Of a DNA stretch of 64,000 bases, positions 49,988-61,223 are shown piece after piece. Position 1 is the stretch's first letter. The number at the start of each line of letters is the position of its first letter. The DNA is from Amphiscolops sp. MND2022 (lineage: Eukaryota): assembly GCA_964187785.1 (NCBI GenBank), contig OZ076417.1, positions 20,770,001 through 20,834,000 of the forward strand, given 5' to 3'. The position numbers and the translations under genes are program-made. The notes below the pieces were generated by a model. It was not told the DNA's origin and ran no database searches. It saw only the letters and a program-made list of their open reading frames with translations.

Positions 49988-52900
49988 CTAATAGTCAAAC
50001 TAGGAAAGAGATCATAGTCTTCTGAAATTTCACAACATTCTCATATAGGACCAGTTAATTTCGGTCAACAAAACTATTTAATTATATTTTCAAAACTTTG
50101 TGGTGGTCCTCTAGGAAACCCACTCTATAAATTTAATCACAAGTGCATGGAATGTTTACCTGATGAAATCTAAGAAGTCGACGAACAACACAAATTTCAA
50201 AGCTTTGGTCTATTTTTAGTAGACAGTTTAGGGCATAAAACGCGACTATTATTGTGACTTTGGTTTTTAGTCGGCGCTTCATGAAGTGAAACGCGACTAT
50301 TATAGTGACTCTTTTTTTCAATCTACACGAACTGACCAAAATAGTTCTTAAAAGTTCTACAAAATATTATGGTGCCAAATTGAAACATTTGGCTAAGCGA
50401 ACTGAACCAAAAAGGTTTTTTAAATGTTTTTCCGCGTAACATACAATACCAGGAGAGACTGAAGGGTCCTCCCTTTCAGATTTTTTCGGCAAAGTGACTT
50501 TTTTTTCGAAAAAAAATTTCCCCTTCAATTTTTTGATGTTCTGCGACGAAATTATGTTGAAAAGTCTCAAAGGGACCCCCCTTTCAGTTTTTTCGGCATT
50601 GTGAGACTTTTTTCAGAAATTTTTTTCGCCAATTTTTTTCACCCTTCAATTTTTTGATGTTTTGCAACAATGGATGTTAAAAAATGTGAAAGGATCCCCT
50701 TTTTAGCGCGCCAGGGGCCCGCGCTAGCAGGCACCTGGCGCGCCATTTCCATCGTTTGGGTTTTTCGCGAGTTTGATACTCTTTTGTGAGTTTGATACTT
50801 TGAGTTTTGACACTTTCATGTCCTTTTGCTAATTTTGAGCCTTAGATATGGCGCCGACTTATGCCGTGCCGTTCCCGGCTTGTTTTCGATCCGGTGACTG
50901 TTTCATGCAGAATGCCAAAATTCTACAAACTGGCAAATTGGTCGGACGGCTTTAGTTTGACTTAAAGCAGAGATGGTCATAGCTCGAAAGCTGTGCTATA
51001 TTAAACGCTATGTTATTAAAACGGCAGCAATTATTATGAACGGCAATTATTATGAATTTCTATAATAGAATTTTATAAGTGCCGCTATTATTGACTAATC
51101 ATACCTCTCGATGAGTTTGGGTACCTCTCGATGAATAGAAGAATGAGAATGTTGCCTCGAAATTTGAAAACTAGACTCATCGTTGAATGTTATAATAATT
51201 ATTAGTTCATGGTCTTCAAAAAAAATCAATTGTTTTCTTAGCTGACTAGATGGGCGCAAGGATGGATTGAAGCTATAATCATACTATTGACAAAAATTGG
51301 ATCTATAATAGAATTATTTGTATTTTTAGTCGGCGCTTTTATTATTAAAAGAGCCCGACTATTACAGTCATTCGTTCTTTTTCTTTTTTTAAAGACAGAC
51401 TCGAAGCGACGAACGCTAACGTTCAGCTAAAGGAAACTAAACGAATACCCGGGAAACGGATCTAAGTTATTCCAAAGGGTCCCCCTTTGGTTTTTTACTT
51501 TTTAAACGTAGCCTACAAAACCGGATGAGTGTAAAGGGTCCCCCTTACGGTTTTTTCGGCACAGTGCGACTTTTTCTCTAATTCTTTTTTGTCTCCAAAG
51601 GGCCCCCCTTCGATTTTATTTGAGCCTTAGATATAGCGCCGACTTGAGACGTTCCCGTCTTGTTAATTAATAGCAATTCTGTATTTCTGGTAAGAATAAA
51701 AGCAAAAAAGCCGTTTTAATCCCAAAGAGACTATGAGAATTTTCCAAAATAGAATCAATGATACTTTGAAGTACTTATGCCGTTCCCGGCTTGGTTGAAA
51801 CACGATACACACTATGAATTTTGGAAACCGAACTCTTGCAAATTGCAGGCCCTAACGGGAAGAAATATGCAACTCATAATTCCATTCCAGATATCGACAA
51901 GGTATTTTTGGATGCTCCTGGATTTCCATGTTCCAAATAACCAACTGTAATCAATTCAAACGTAGTAAACGTTGGAGATTGGAGGTGCTTGAGACTGTAA
52001 ACTTTCCGTTTGGTCGAGCAACCGGGCAGGAAAGATTTCAGCCAGATACCGGTCGGATAGAACAATATGCCTCAACTTCGAGCGACGAAACACTTTCTAA
52101 AATTGGACAGAGTGTATGACGGAAAATGAAGTAACTTTGTTTTGAAACGATGGAAAACTATATTTCGTTCATCGTAACTAGTCAAAACGCAGAGACGAAT
52201 CAGTGCTCCGCTTACACTTGGGCAAGGCGCATGGAATTGCAATTTTCCAGTATAATTATTAGAATTTGTAAAACACTAACATATAGCTTTATAAGTTTCC
52301 CAGGACTATTCAAGCAAAAACTATTTGAAAAGTCAAGTAAAATGATGAATCAGAAGACGCGGCTAGTATTTCACAAACAGTTACTGCTATGCGCTAATAA
52401 TTCAGTAACAACAACTGCGGCTAATAAGATACATGTAGATTGGTTGTCGGTAACTGTTTCAGCAAAAAATCCGTAATTGAACAATTGCGAAGCAAAGTGT
52501 AATTTTTTTCTGAAATCCGACACGATACTGAACCGGACATTTTTCGAAATCCGGTCGGATACTAGAATGGAAGCTTTTTAAATTCCAGCAGTATGCCGGA
52601 CCGGACTTGAAGTCCAGTACACTCTTATTGGAGACTAATATGAAATGAGGGAATTAATTTTTCAAGGGGGAAATGGAAAACAGGTGTAAATCAACATTCA
52701 AAGCGTTCAAAAAACGATCATTTCATTTCTGCTCCAAGAACGACTGGAAGAATTCTCATTTGTAAAATGGAGACGTCAAAAAACGACAATTCAGGGCTAA
52801 CTAGTATTCCAACAATTTCAAATACTTTCCTATGGAATTTCAGAACTATTTCGATATCTTTCACATAAAATGCTCGAAAAAATCACATTCTATAGATTTT

Positions 52901-54634
52901 TCCATGAAATTTTTCAAATTCATACAGTTCTTGAACAATATTTTTTTAAACTTCACAAAAAAAGCAAACCTTGCAAGTTTTACTGTAATAATGCAAATCT
53001 TTGACTTGAAGCTTTGTTACTTTAAAAAAATGTGTACTTGAACGGAAGACCTTTACATCATGATGAGCTTTCGCATTCACTCTTTTGAATGCTGTCAAAA
53101 CTCTCAACTAACGATTGTCGAAAACGGTTAATTGATTTGCTTTCAGTCAAAAAAATCGATCATAAAAACGCTGTTAGAACTGTCGATGGCTCAAAATTTC
53201 ACAACTGAAAATAATTGTCGTTCCAAAATCGGCCTTCTTAGGGCTCAATTATATCTCTGCAACTGTGAAAAAATCCAACACATTGCGGAAAAAATCAGTT
53301 ATCATTTCCAATTCCACAGAGTTCAATTTTTGAATTTCAAGAAAGGGCAAGCTGAGTAATTTTGACTGAAAGCATCCAAATGTGACATTCAGCTTTGTTA
53401 CTTGAATTGTAAGCGGAAACAACCTCTTTTCTTATTCGGATGCAAGCAAAGCTCCGTGCCAACAATGAACTTTTTTGGCGATGAAAATGTCCGCTTTGCT
53501 AAGCGACCAAATAATATGAGGAAAAAAATAGTTGATATTTTGGTGAGAAAAAGTTGACAAGATTGACTTACGCAGAATCGTTATAGAAGTTCCAGCTAAC
53601 GCTGAAATTCAACATTCCACTTGACGCAGAAAAGTTACCCCGACTTAAAAAGTAGTTAGTTAACCTGAGCAAAGCTTCCTGATAACGATAAATGATGTCA
53701 GAAACAAGTTGACTCATTTATCCATATATGCGTGAAGCGGTTTTTAGTCGGCGCTTTTGAAGATAAGTGCCCGACTTTTACAATGGGTAGTTTTTTTAGA
53801 CCTGCATTGTCAACTTTTTTGTTTATTTGTTCAACTTGAAATTACGGATGTCCAAAACATACTCGAAACGTCAGAACCTCGTCCAAAACAAAACCGACGT
53901 CCAGAACCGCTAAAACAAACTAAGGATCCCCCTTTGGCTATCTTGATTTTAACTTGGATTTTTTTCGGCACTGAGACTTTTTTCGAAAATTTTTTGACTG
54001 CACCAAAGGGCCCCCTGCAATTGTTTGATATTTTTGCAATGAATGGATGTTAAAAAATTCCCAAAGGTCCCTCTTTTACATTTTTCGGCACTGAGATTTT
54101 TCTAAAGTCTCATTTTTCGTCTGATATTAAGTTTTCTCACTGAATATCCACTGATAACTTTTTTCAATACTATCCGAATTTTGTCATTATATCCGAACTA
54201 TATTGCGTTTTACTAAGGAGGAGGCAGAGGCTCAAAAACAAGCGCTCCCATTTTTCCCAACACGCTATATCCGAACATCTGAGGAGTTATCTCATCCGAG
54301 CACTAAAGATACCCTTTGGGTGTTTCGAAACTTTTTTGTGAGTTTGTCATGAAAACGTCCTGAGCATATTTTAAAATATTTGCTCTTTTTGAGCCTCAAG
54401 TATCGCGCCGACTTGAGACGTTTCCGTCTTGTTAATGGAAAAGAAGTTGTGCCCTTAATATTCCAAAAGCAAGGCTGAGGCTGACCTGGGTCTGTTGTGA
54501 AGAAGAATTTATTTATTCATTTGTAGGCCATTACATAAGTAATAAACTATACAAACAAAAGTATGACCTCGAATCGCAGATTGTCGGCTATTGAACCTAA
54601 TTGATACAACGAAGTTGCAAAACTAACGTGCAGC

Positions 54635-55036
54635 GGCTCTTTTCTGTCCCCCCCCCAACCACAATTTTTTTTGGAAAATTAGTGCAAATTTTATAACAAA
54701 TAGACTTGAATACAAACCAGAAAGGTTCAGTTTTAAATTTATTCTAAGGGTGATAGCTTAGGATTTAGATACAAACTTTGTTGACACTTTTTCCCTATGT
54801 AGTTACGCATTTTTGATGAAGAAATCAACAGCTTCCTGTTGAGTCACCAATAAACACTTAATACGAACATAATTATAGTCAAAATACGTGAACAATGTTT
54901 TGTTCAAGCGGAAAACTACTCTAATAGAAGTTAACTTCCTGTAATGAAAGAAGGTTTTACTTTTAATTAGGCTAGTCTGAAGTTTTTAAGGAAAGTTATT
55001 TCAAAAATTTTGGTGGTGGGGGGGCAGAAAAGAGCC
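54635..55036. mobile_element. Second copy of the GG-TIR MITE family
   Basis: TIR ggctcttttctg-poly-C; perfect 8-bp TSD cgtgcagc (54627-54634, 55037-55044); interior matches 9670-10084. Confidence 0.88.
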
Positions 55037-55946
55037 CGTGCAGCAAGTAATTAAGTTATTCCAACATCGGATAAGATTTTCGAAACAACTTTGTGAGGCA
55101 ATCTCCGCATGATAAAGGTATGAAAAGTTGGAATTATTCATCGTAAATTTGAAGAAACCATTCTTTATAACAAAAATTCTAAATTCAACAATGTACACGC
55201 CATCAAAAAATGAGATCAAACTATAATACAACAACTGTATACAAAATGCACCAAGCAATTGCACGGATTAAAAACTCAACCAAAACAAGTCTTACAAGAG
55301 GCTTTCTAATTTTACTCATTAAAGCTTGAAAATTCAGATTATAGATCTATTACAGCAGCGTGAAACAGTTCATAAAGAAAAGTGTGTGCAAAATTTAGAG
55401 CAACCACCAAGGGTGACAATTAATTGACCGAAACAAGAGGTAATCAAATTACCGTGGTCATAAACGCCACTATATACAACCAGTGACATTTTTACATCGG
55501 TAAGCTCAAATTGCGAACATGCACAAAATTCAATGCACAAAAAATCCTTGGATTCAGAGGAAAATGAAATGGTTGAAATACGGCACCATAAATGTAGATC
55601 AGTCAATTATAATAGAAACTCTTATGAGTCAAATATTCAAACATTCACAATTCAATGAAAAAAGGAAACTGTGAATTGAAAAAAACATGGTTGTAATTTG
55701 TCAGAAAAAGTTTCATATTGCGTTTGTTTGTTACAAGGTTACACCTTGATCTCGAGATGAACGCTTTCTTTTCTCGGCAATCAAAATTCGGAAAAACTGT
55801 AGCAGCTCAAAATCATTTCACACCGTCTTCAATGACGTCATCGCATCTGCACCCGAATTTCGACATTTTTCACTAGCTGATCTGATACTACAAAGCCTTT
55901 CCATGACGTCATCAGTAGTTGCAGTGACGTCATTTCGTTCACGTGG

Positions 55947-56057
55947 CTATTTTTCAGCTTTCTTGATGATGTCAGCCGCCACAGAGTCCGACTGAGGGTC
56001 TACGTTGGAGGGTAGCCACAGTTCATCGCCTGTCTTGTTGACGTTATGGGTGTAGAA
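55947..56057 (-). CDS. TTC39: TTC39-family gene, terminal exon
   Basis: tttcag|TTC TAC...AAA TAG; 111 nt, phase 0; FYTHNVNKTGDELWLPSNVDPQSDSVAADIIKKAEK*; strongly C/G-ending codons. Confidence 0.7.
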   Translation of the reverse strand, partial: FYTHNVNKTGDELWLPSNVDPQSDSVAADIIKKAEK

Positions 56058-56777
56058 CTGAAACGAAAACAAAATAAAAACATCCAGATTATACCGAAAA
56101 ATTATCAATAGGTGAAAAAAATATATACAAAATTATCTTGTCAATATACAGTCAACTCCGTTTAATTCGTATCCGGATAATTCGTATCTTCGTTTAATTC
56201 GTATGTATCTGAGACCCACATTTCGCGCCAGCCAGAGTAATATCACCCGGTTAATTCGTACGATTTTATTCGGTCCCTAGCGATACGAATTAGGCGGATT
56301 CAACAGTAGTGTAAAAACTTCGCTGAAGATGTTGGCTGGGAAAACACCCGACGGGAAGGACTATCAGGAAAATACGATAACGTAGACAGCTATGGTCACA
56401 TTATGATAGGATGATGCCCTGAAAGAAGGAGCAAAGCGAATCGGAGTCAAACTGATGGTTTCCACGAAGGCCAACCTGGAGGGGCGCAATCCATTCTTCA
56501 TTATATCCACTCAGCTTTTTCTTTTCTCGGCCACACAAAGCCTCTCACCCGTAAACAGAATTTCTCAGTCATTTCCAAGACGCCAAAATGTTTTCAAAAA
56601 ATCAATTCAATTCAAAACCAATTCTCCATTTTTTAAACACAAAATTGAAAGTGTGCGTCAAAGGGAAAATGATAATTTAATACAATTGTTAGCCTTGTGC
56701 TTAGATACAGGGTAATCCTGGCATAATCACGGCCTATTGTTGGTCGGAATTATGACGTTATATACGAAGGACATATA

Positions 56778-57278
56778 CAGAATGGCTCTAGAAATATCGC
56801 AACCTCTGCTTAAATGGCAAAATTCAAAACCAAATATCTTGAAAACTGTCACAAATACGAAAAGGTACAAAAGTTTCTTAGAAGTTTATTTAGTTTTAAA
56901 AAATGTTTGAAATTTCTGCGACCCATACTGAAAAAGTTATAAAATGCAAATTTTAGAAAATTTTAACTGAAATTTGAGTTTTTCGAAAATAGAGTAGCTT
57001 AGAAATGAAATTTCATTCTGAGAGTCCCTATATTCTCCCCAACCTACTGAATAGTTTTGATAGAAAATTTGTTTCGAAACAGAAAAAATGCACTATATTT
57101 TGTGTCTATCAGCACTGGAGAACATGATAGATTTAAAAAAAAAACATTTTGTAAACTAGATAAAATTCTTAGAAACCTTTGTAGCTGACAATTTTTCGTA
57201 TTTGTGAGTTTTCAAGATATTTGAATTTGAAATTTGCCATTTTAAGCAATGGAGTTGCGACATTTTAAAACGCTACTG
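56778..57278. mobile_element. Long-TIR (foldback) MITE, TA-flanked
   Basis: Roughly 100-bp imperfect inverted ends (gcaac..gcttaaatggcaaaattcaaa..atatcttgaaaact and its reverse complement). Confidence 0.65.
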
Positions 57279-57337
57279 TACAATCCTATGACGTGACCTA
57301 TAAACAGCTTACAAAGTATCATTCAAAGAGTACTTGC

Positions 57338-57561
57338 CAGGACCCGTTGCTCGAAGTCGTATCCGGACCTGTACTTCTTGGCTTCCTGCAGATAACCGAT
57401 GACCTCTTTGCCATTGGTGATGGCATTGTTCTTGTTCGCATCCAGGTCTTTGCGCTCCTCTCTCTGGACGATGAGTCCGGCTAGCTCCAGACATGCAAAC
57501 GGTGGAACCAGCTTCAGTCTTTTGTTGTTCAGCTTCGTGTGTTTGCTCGCCATTAGATAAC
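57338..57561 (-). CDS. TTC39: TTC39-family gene, penultimate exon
   Basis: tgtcag|GT TAT; VPPFACLELAGL...YLQEAKKYRSGYDFEQRVL matches TTC39C-type PYACYELG...AKEDFSGYDFENRL; donor CTG|GCAAGT (GC). Confidence 0.88.
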
Positions 57562-58094
57562 CTGACAACAAGGGTTACGAAAGAAGTTACGAAATGCTGA
57601 AAAGGTGGAAACAGTTGTCTTCCGATAAAACCAGAATTTGAAAACTTAAAAGCTGAATTTCAGCAAGTATTCTGAGGGCAGCATCTGTGACAGTCCTAAA
57701 TTTGACCCATTAGCATGACAATGGCCCCGATGATGTGAACAGAAAAAATTAAGACAGCGAAACGTCAAATGTTGGATGAAATCATCAATTATTGGACACA
57801 CGCAAAGTGGCCATAGAACCGTATGGACATCACCATGTTTGTGTCCAAAACCCTAATACAAGCTCGAGCTCGGAAGTCGCCTTATAATGAAGTTACAGGA
57901 ACAATGAAAAGTCAAAAATGCGCCTGACTATTATTCCAAGTTTTCATTTCGCTACATTTCGGTATACTTCATAGCGTAAAATTTCCTGTCCAAGACTTGA
58001 AACGTCGCTTTTGGTTGTTTTTGGTACTGAAAAAAACTTCCCTCAAATGTAACAAATTCCCTTCAACAACGATTTTGTTGTGAAGAAAGACAAT

Positions 58095-58290
58095 TCGGAC
58101 CAAAGACAGATTCGGACAAAAGACAAATTCGGACCAGAAGCAGATTCGGACCAATGTATAAATTCGGCAGCTAAGTAATTCCGGAGGCGATGCTAATTAT
58201 AGATTAAACAATAATTTGGTCCGAATATATAAATTTGGTCCGAAAATATAAATTTGGTCCGAATCTGTCTTGGGTCCAAATTCGGCGCGT
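58095..58290. repeat. Small foldback of about 18-nt attcggacc repeats
   Basis: Four attcggac(c/a) units followed by three to four ggtcc(g/a)aa units in the opposite orientation. Confidence 0.6.
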
Positions 58291-58345
58291 GGTCCGAGTT
58301 GTCGCATCAGCGTAAAGAAAGAGGGAGTTTCATTTTTACTTAAAC

Positions 58346-58553
58346 CTTGTGCTTCTTGGAAATAGTTCTTCTGCTTCAGAACCACTCCTTGTAAGAACTT
58401 GGACAAGGCATCTAAGTCTTTATTGCCCTCTATCTTCTTCAAGCACGCCATCACAGGTCCGTCCAGATCCTTTGGCGCCACCGAACGAGGCAACACTCCC
58501 CAATGGTACATGCACTCGTATGTCAGGGTCTCACAGATTAGCTGCAGGAACTC
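58346..58553 (-). CDS. TTC39: TTC39-family gene exon
   Basis: cgacag|GAG TTC...CAA G|GTTTAA; 208 nt, phase 0-1; YECMYHWGVLP aligns with TTC39 EVLYLWxALP. Confidence 0.88.
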
Positions 58554-59789
58554 CTGTCGAAATGATACAGTTAATTTAACTCTCATTTATTGGGTCAAAA
58601 TTGAATAATAATGGGCAAATATTATATATAATTTATTCCATTGTACCATGTATCGGTATCATTTTTCTCAGTGATGATCATTTTTGTAAAACAATTTAAC
58701 TTTTTTCTCTTCTATGTATAAAAAATAAGGACTTGTGTATAACTCTCTTCTATGTAAAATATTTTTAAAAAATATTTAATAAGGACCGCGCGTAATGAAA
58801 CCACAAACTAGTTTTTGAGCTTGCATGTGCCCACAGTGCAGAGAGGGCGTGTCGGTAACGAGAAATGAAAAAAAAACAGCAAGATCAGTTGTCAAAACGG
58901 TGCAAGCTGCAGAGCCTCCTTAAAGTGTCAGTAACGGTCCCATAAAAAAACAAATTCTGAAAACATCGGCAAGGGGAGGATGATTTATAAAAAAGGTCTT
59001 TGTATCTCAATATTATTGATCGTCCAAAGAAAAGAAAATTATTAACTTAATTCAATGATTCTACAATTTCTAGTGAAAGAAATCATTTCTTGAGCGCGTG
59101 AGTTCCTAACTTTTCCTGATATCATATTCTCGGCAGGTTTGCTGAACCCCTGTCCAAGTTGCAGAAATGTGATGAATTGAAAAAAAAACAGAGAGTATTA
59201 TCTAAAACATCAAAGAAGCATTTTTTGCTATGAAAAAACGTTCGATTTTGCAGAACTGATTTGAAAAGAGTATGGTTCAACAGAGTATTCTGAGATAATG
59301 ATGAAGTAATTTAAGTTTTACTAATAATTTTTGAGAAATAAAAACGATCATAACTGATTTTTCGAGTGTCAGGACATTTCATCCTATGCAATTTCAACCG
59401 CTTACAATTTCAACCTATTGCCTTTCAACTTTTAGCAATTTCGACCTCCACTAATTTGAATCGGCTAATTGGTCCTCATGAGTTATATAATTATTTTAGG
59501 CTGTTTTCATTTTCATACATTTCTGAAACCAAATATGCTTTTACGCAAGCTTTGATGTTTTGGTTTCTTAATGGATAAGTACCATTAAGTTAGCCGCTTT
59601 GATTCCTTATCAACTATTGTAACGGCGGAAGGTTGAAAATGCATATGACTTTTCCATGCCTAGAAAGAACATTCAATAGGTATTTCAAGAGATAAACGTA
59701 ATGTTGCCGTTTTCGCTTTAGGTCATTCTGTATTCAGAATTGTTTTGGTATGAATACCCCAGTCGAACTCCCATACATTTCTTGCAAGA

Positions 59790-60000
59790 AGCTTGCAGAA
59801 GTGGTATAAATCAGACACTATCTCAAAGAATCCTGCAAGTATCTTACATTTCAGACAAGCCTGTCAGATTCTGGCAGATCAGACATTTCTTGCAGATTCA
59901 GACATCTCTTGCAAGATTCTTGCAGGTCAAGACGTTTCTTGAACGAATCTTGCAAGACAACGTCTGAAACCTGAAAAAAATTCTGCAAGAAAATGTTTGG
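59790..60000. repeat. Degenerate short tandem array (cttgcaaga / cagacatt motifs)
   Basis: Recurrent tcttgca(a)ga and cagatt/cagaca motifs at about 20-nt spacing. Confidence 0.55.
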
Positions 60001-60163
60001 AATGTACGGAAAACGTTTTTTTTTTTTCAATTTTAAACCCCAGAATATATTCAAAATGAATGTAAACATGTAAATGTCCGGTATACGGAGTGAGATATGA
60101 CGGAGTGAGAAAACAATAATTCTAAAAAGATTTATAAATTTGTTTCATGTCCAACAACCGTAC

Positions 60164-60275
60164 CTTCTTATCGGGAAAGTTGGTGTCCTTGGTCTTGGGT
60201 TTGTCCTGGTGCTGCATCATCTCCAGAACCAAGTTAGCACGTGACTGGCAGTACACTTCCACTTGGTTGCCGGCC
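60164..60275 (-). CDS. TTC39: TTC39-family gene exon (upstream exons not found in window)
   Basis: tgtcag|G GCC...AAG AAG|GTACGG; 112 nt, phase 2-0; GNQVEVYCQSRA resembles TTC39C NNQIEQFSVKKA. Confidence 0.85.
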
Positions 60276-61223
60276 CTGACAAAGATTACAACCTGACCTC
60301 ACCTAACTCTGGATAAGGTCAAGGGTCAAGACACCTCAAATACTAAATACATCGGGTCACTTCAAATAATGCACGCGATAGTAGCCCGAGTACCTACCCC
60401 GAGGAAACTAACTTTGAAAAATTTGATTCAAAAAACATTTGTTAAAACGACCATTGCAACTTAAAGCAGAACGCAACCGGGATAACTCCTACAAACTGGG
60501 CATTACTACGGAAAGAGCGACCAGACAAACAACAGTAGCGTTTCAAAAGATAATGAGTTATATATAGAACGTTGACGTTTGTTTCTCAACCTATCAGAAC
60601 GCTCTATTTGCTGAGATTCTGCAATGTGATTGGCTGTTACGGGATCGGAAAACTTCAAACTATCAAAATTATCAGATTCAAAAAAAAATATCAGATGTCC
60701 TCGATACAATTTAATTAAGTTAACAAAAAATCTATAATGAACTTTAAAATAAGCAAATTCAACTTTCACGATAGAAAACTGTAAATATCATTCCACGGAC
60801 AACTTTTACGGTGTTCTCACTATTTTTAACAAGATACGTCAATTTTGAAACACTTTCAAACGGAGCTCACGGATGCAAAAAACTGTCAATTGAAAAAATT
60901 CAGCAAATCAAGCAGTTCAGCGAAAATAATTATAAACGATAGGAAAGACTTTCAACAAGAAATTTGAAACAAACCTGAACAATTTTCTGAAATATTAGTA
61001 ATGAACGATTCAGAACCTAACTAACAAGAATTTATATCAACATTTGCTGGGGATGCCAACTGCAGGATGTGTGATGGGAGAATTTAAGGCAAAATGGGGT
61101 GTGTTGATGCTTATACATATGACGTCACAAGTCAATGTCAGATACAATTAATAAGGTGTCTTAGTCTATTAATAAGGAGCTAATCTAACAAGCAGACCAA
61201 CCAATAAGAAGACCAACCAATAT

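Noticed and set aside
49988-55946. Read-through fusion of the TTC39 gene to the ankyrin gene
   Set aside because: The TTC39 frame ends at TAG 55947 and no convincing linking exons were found; treated as two tandem genes.
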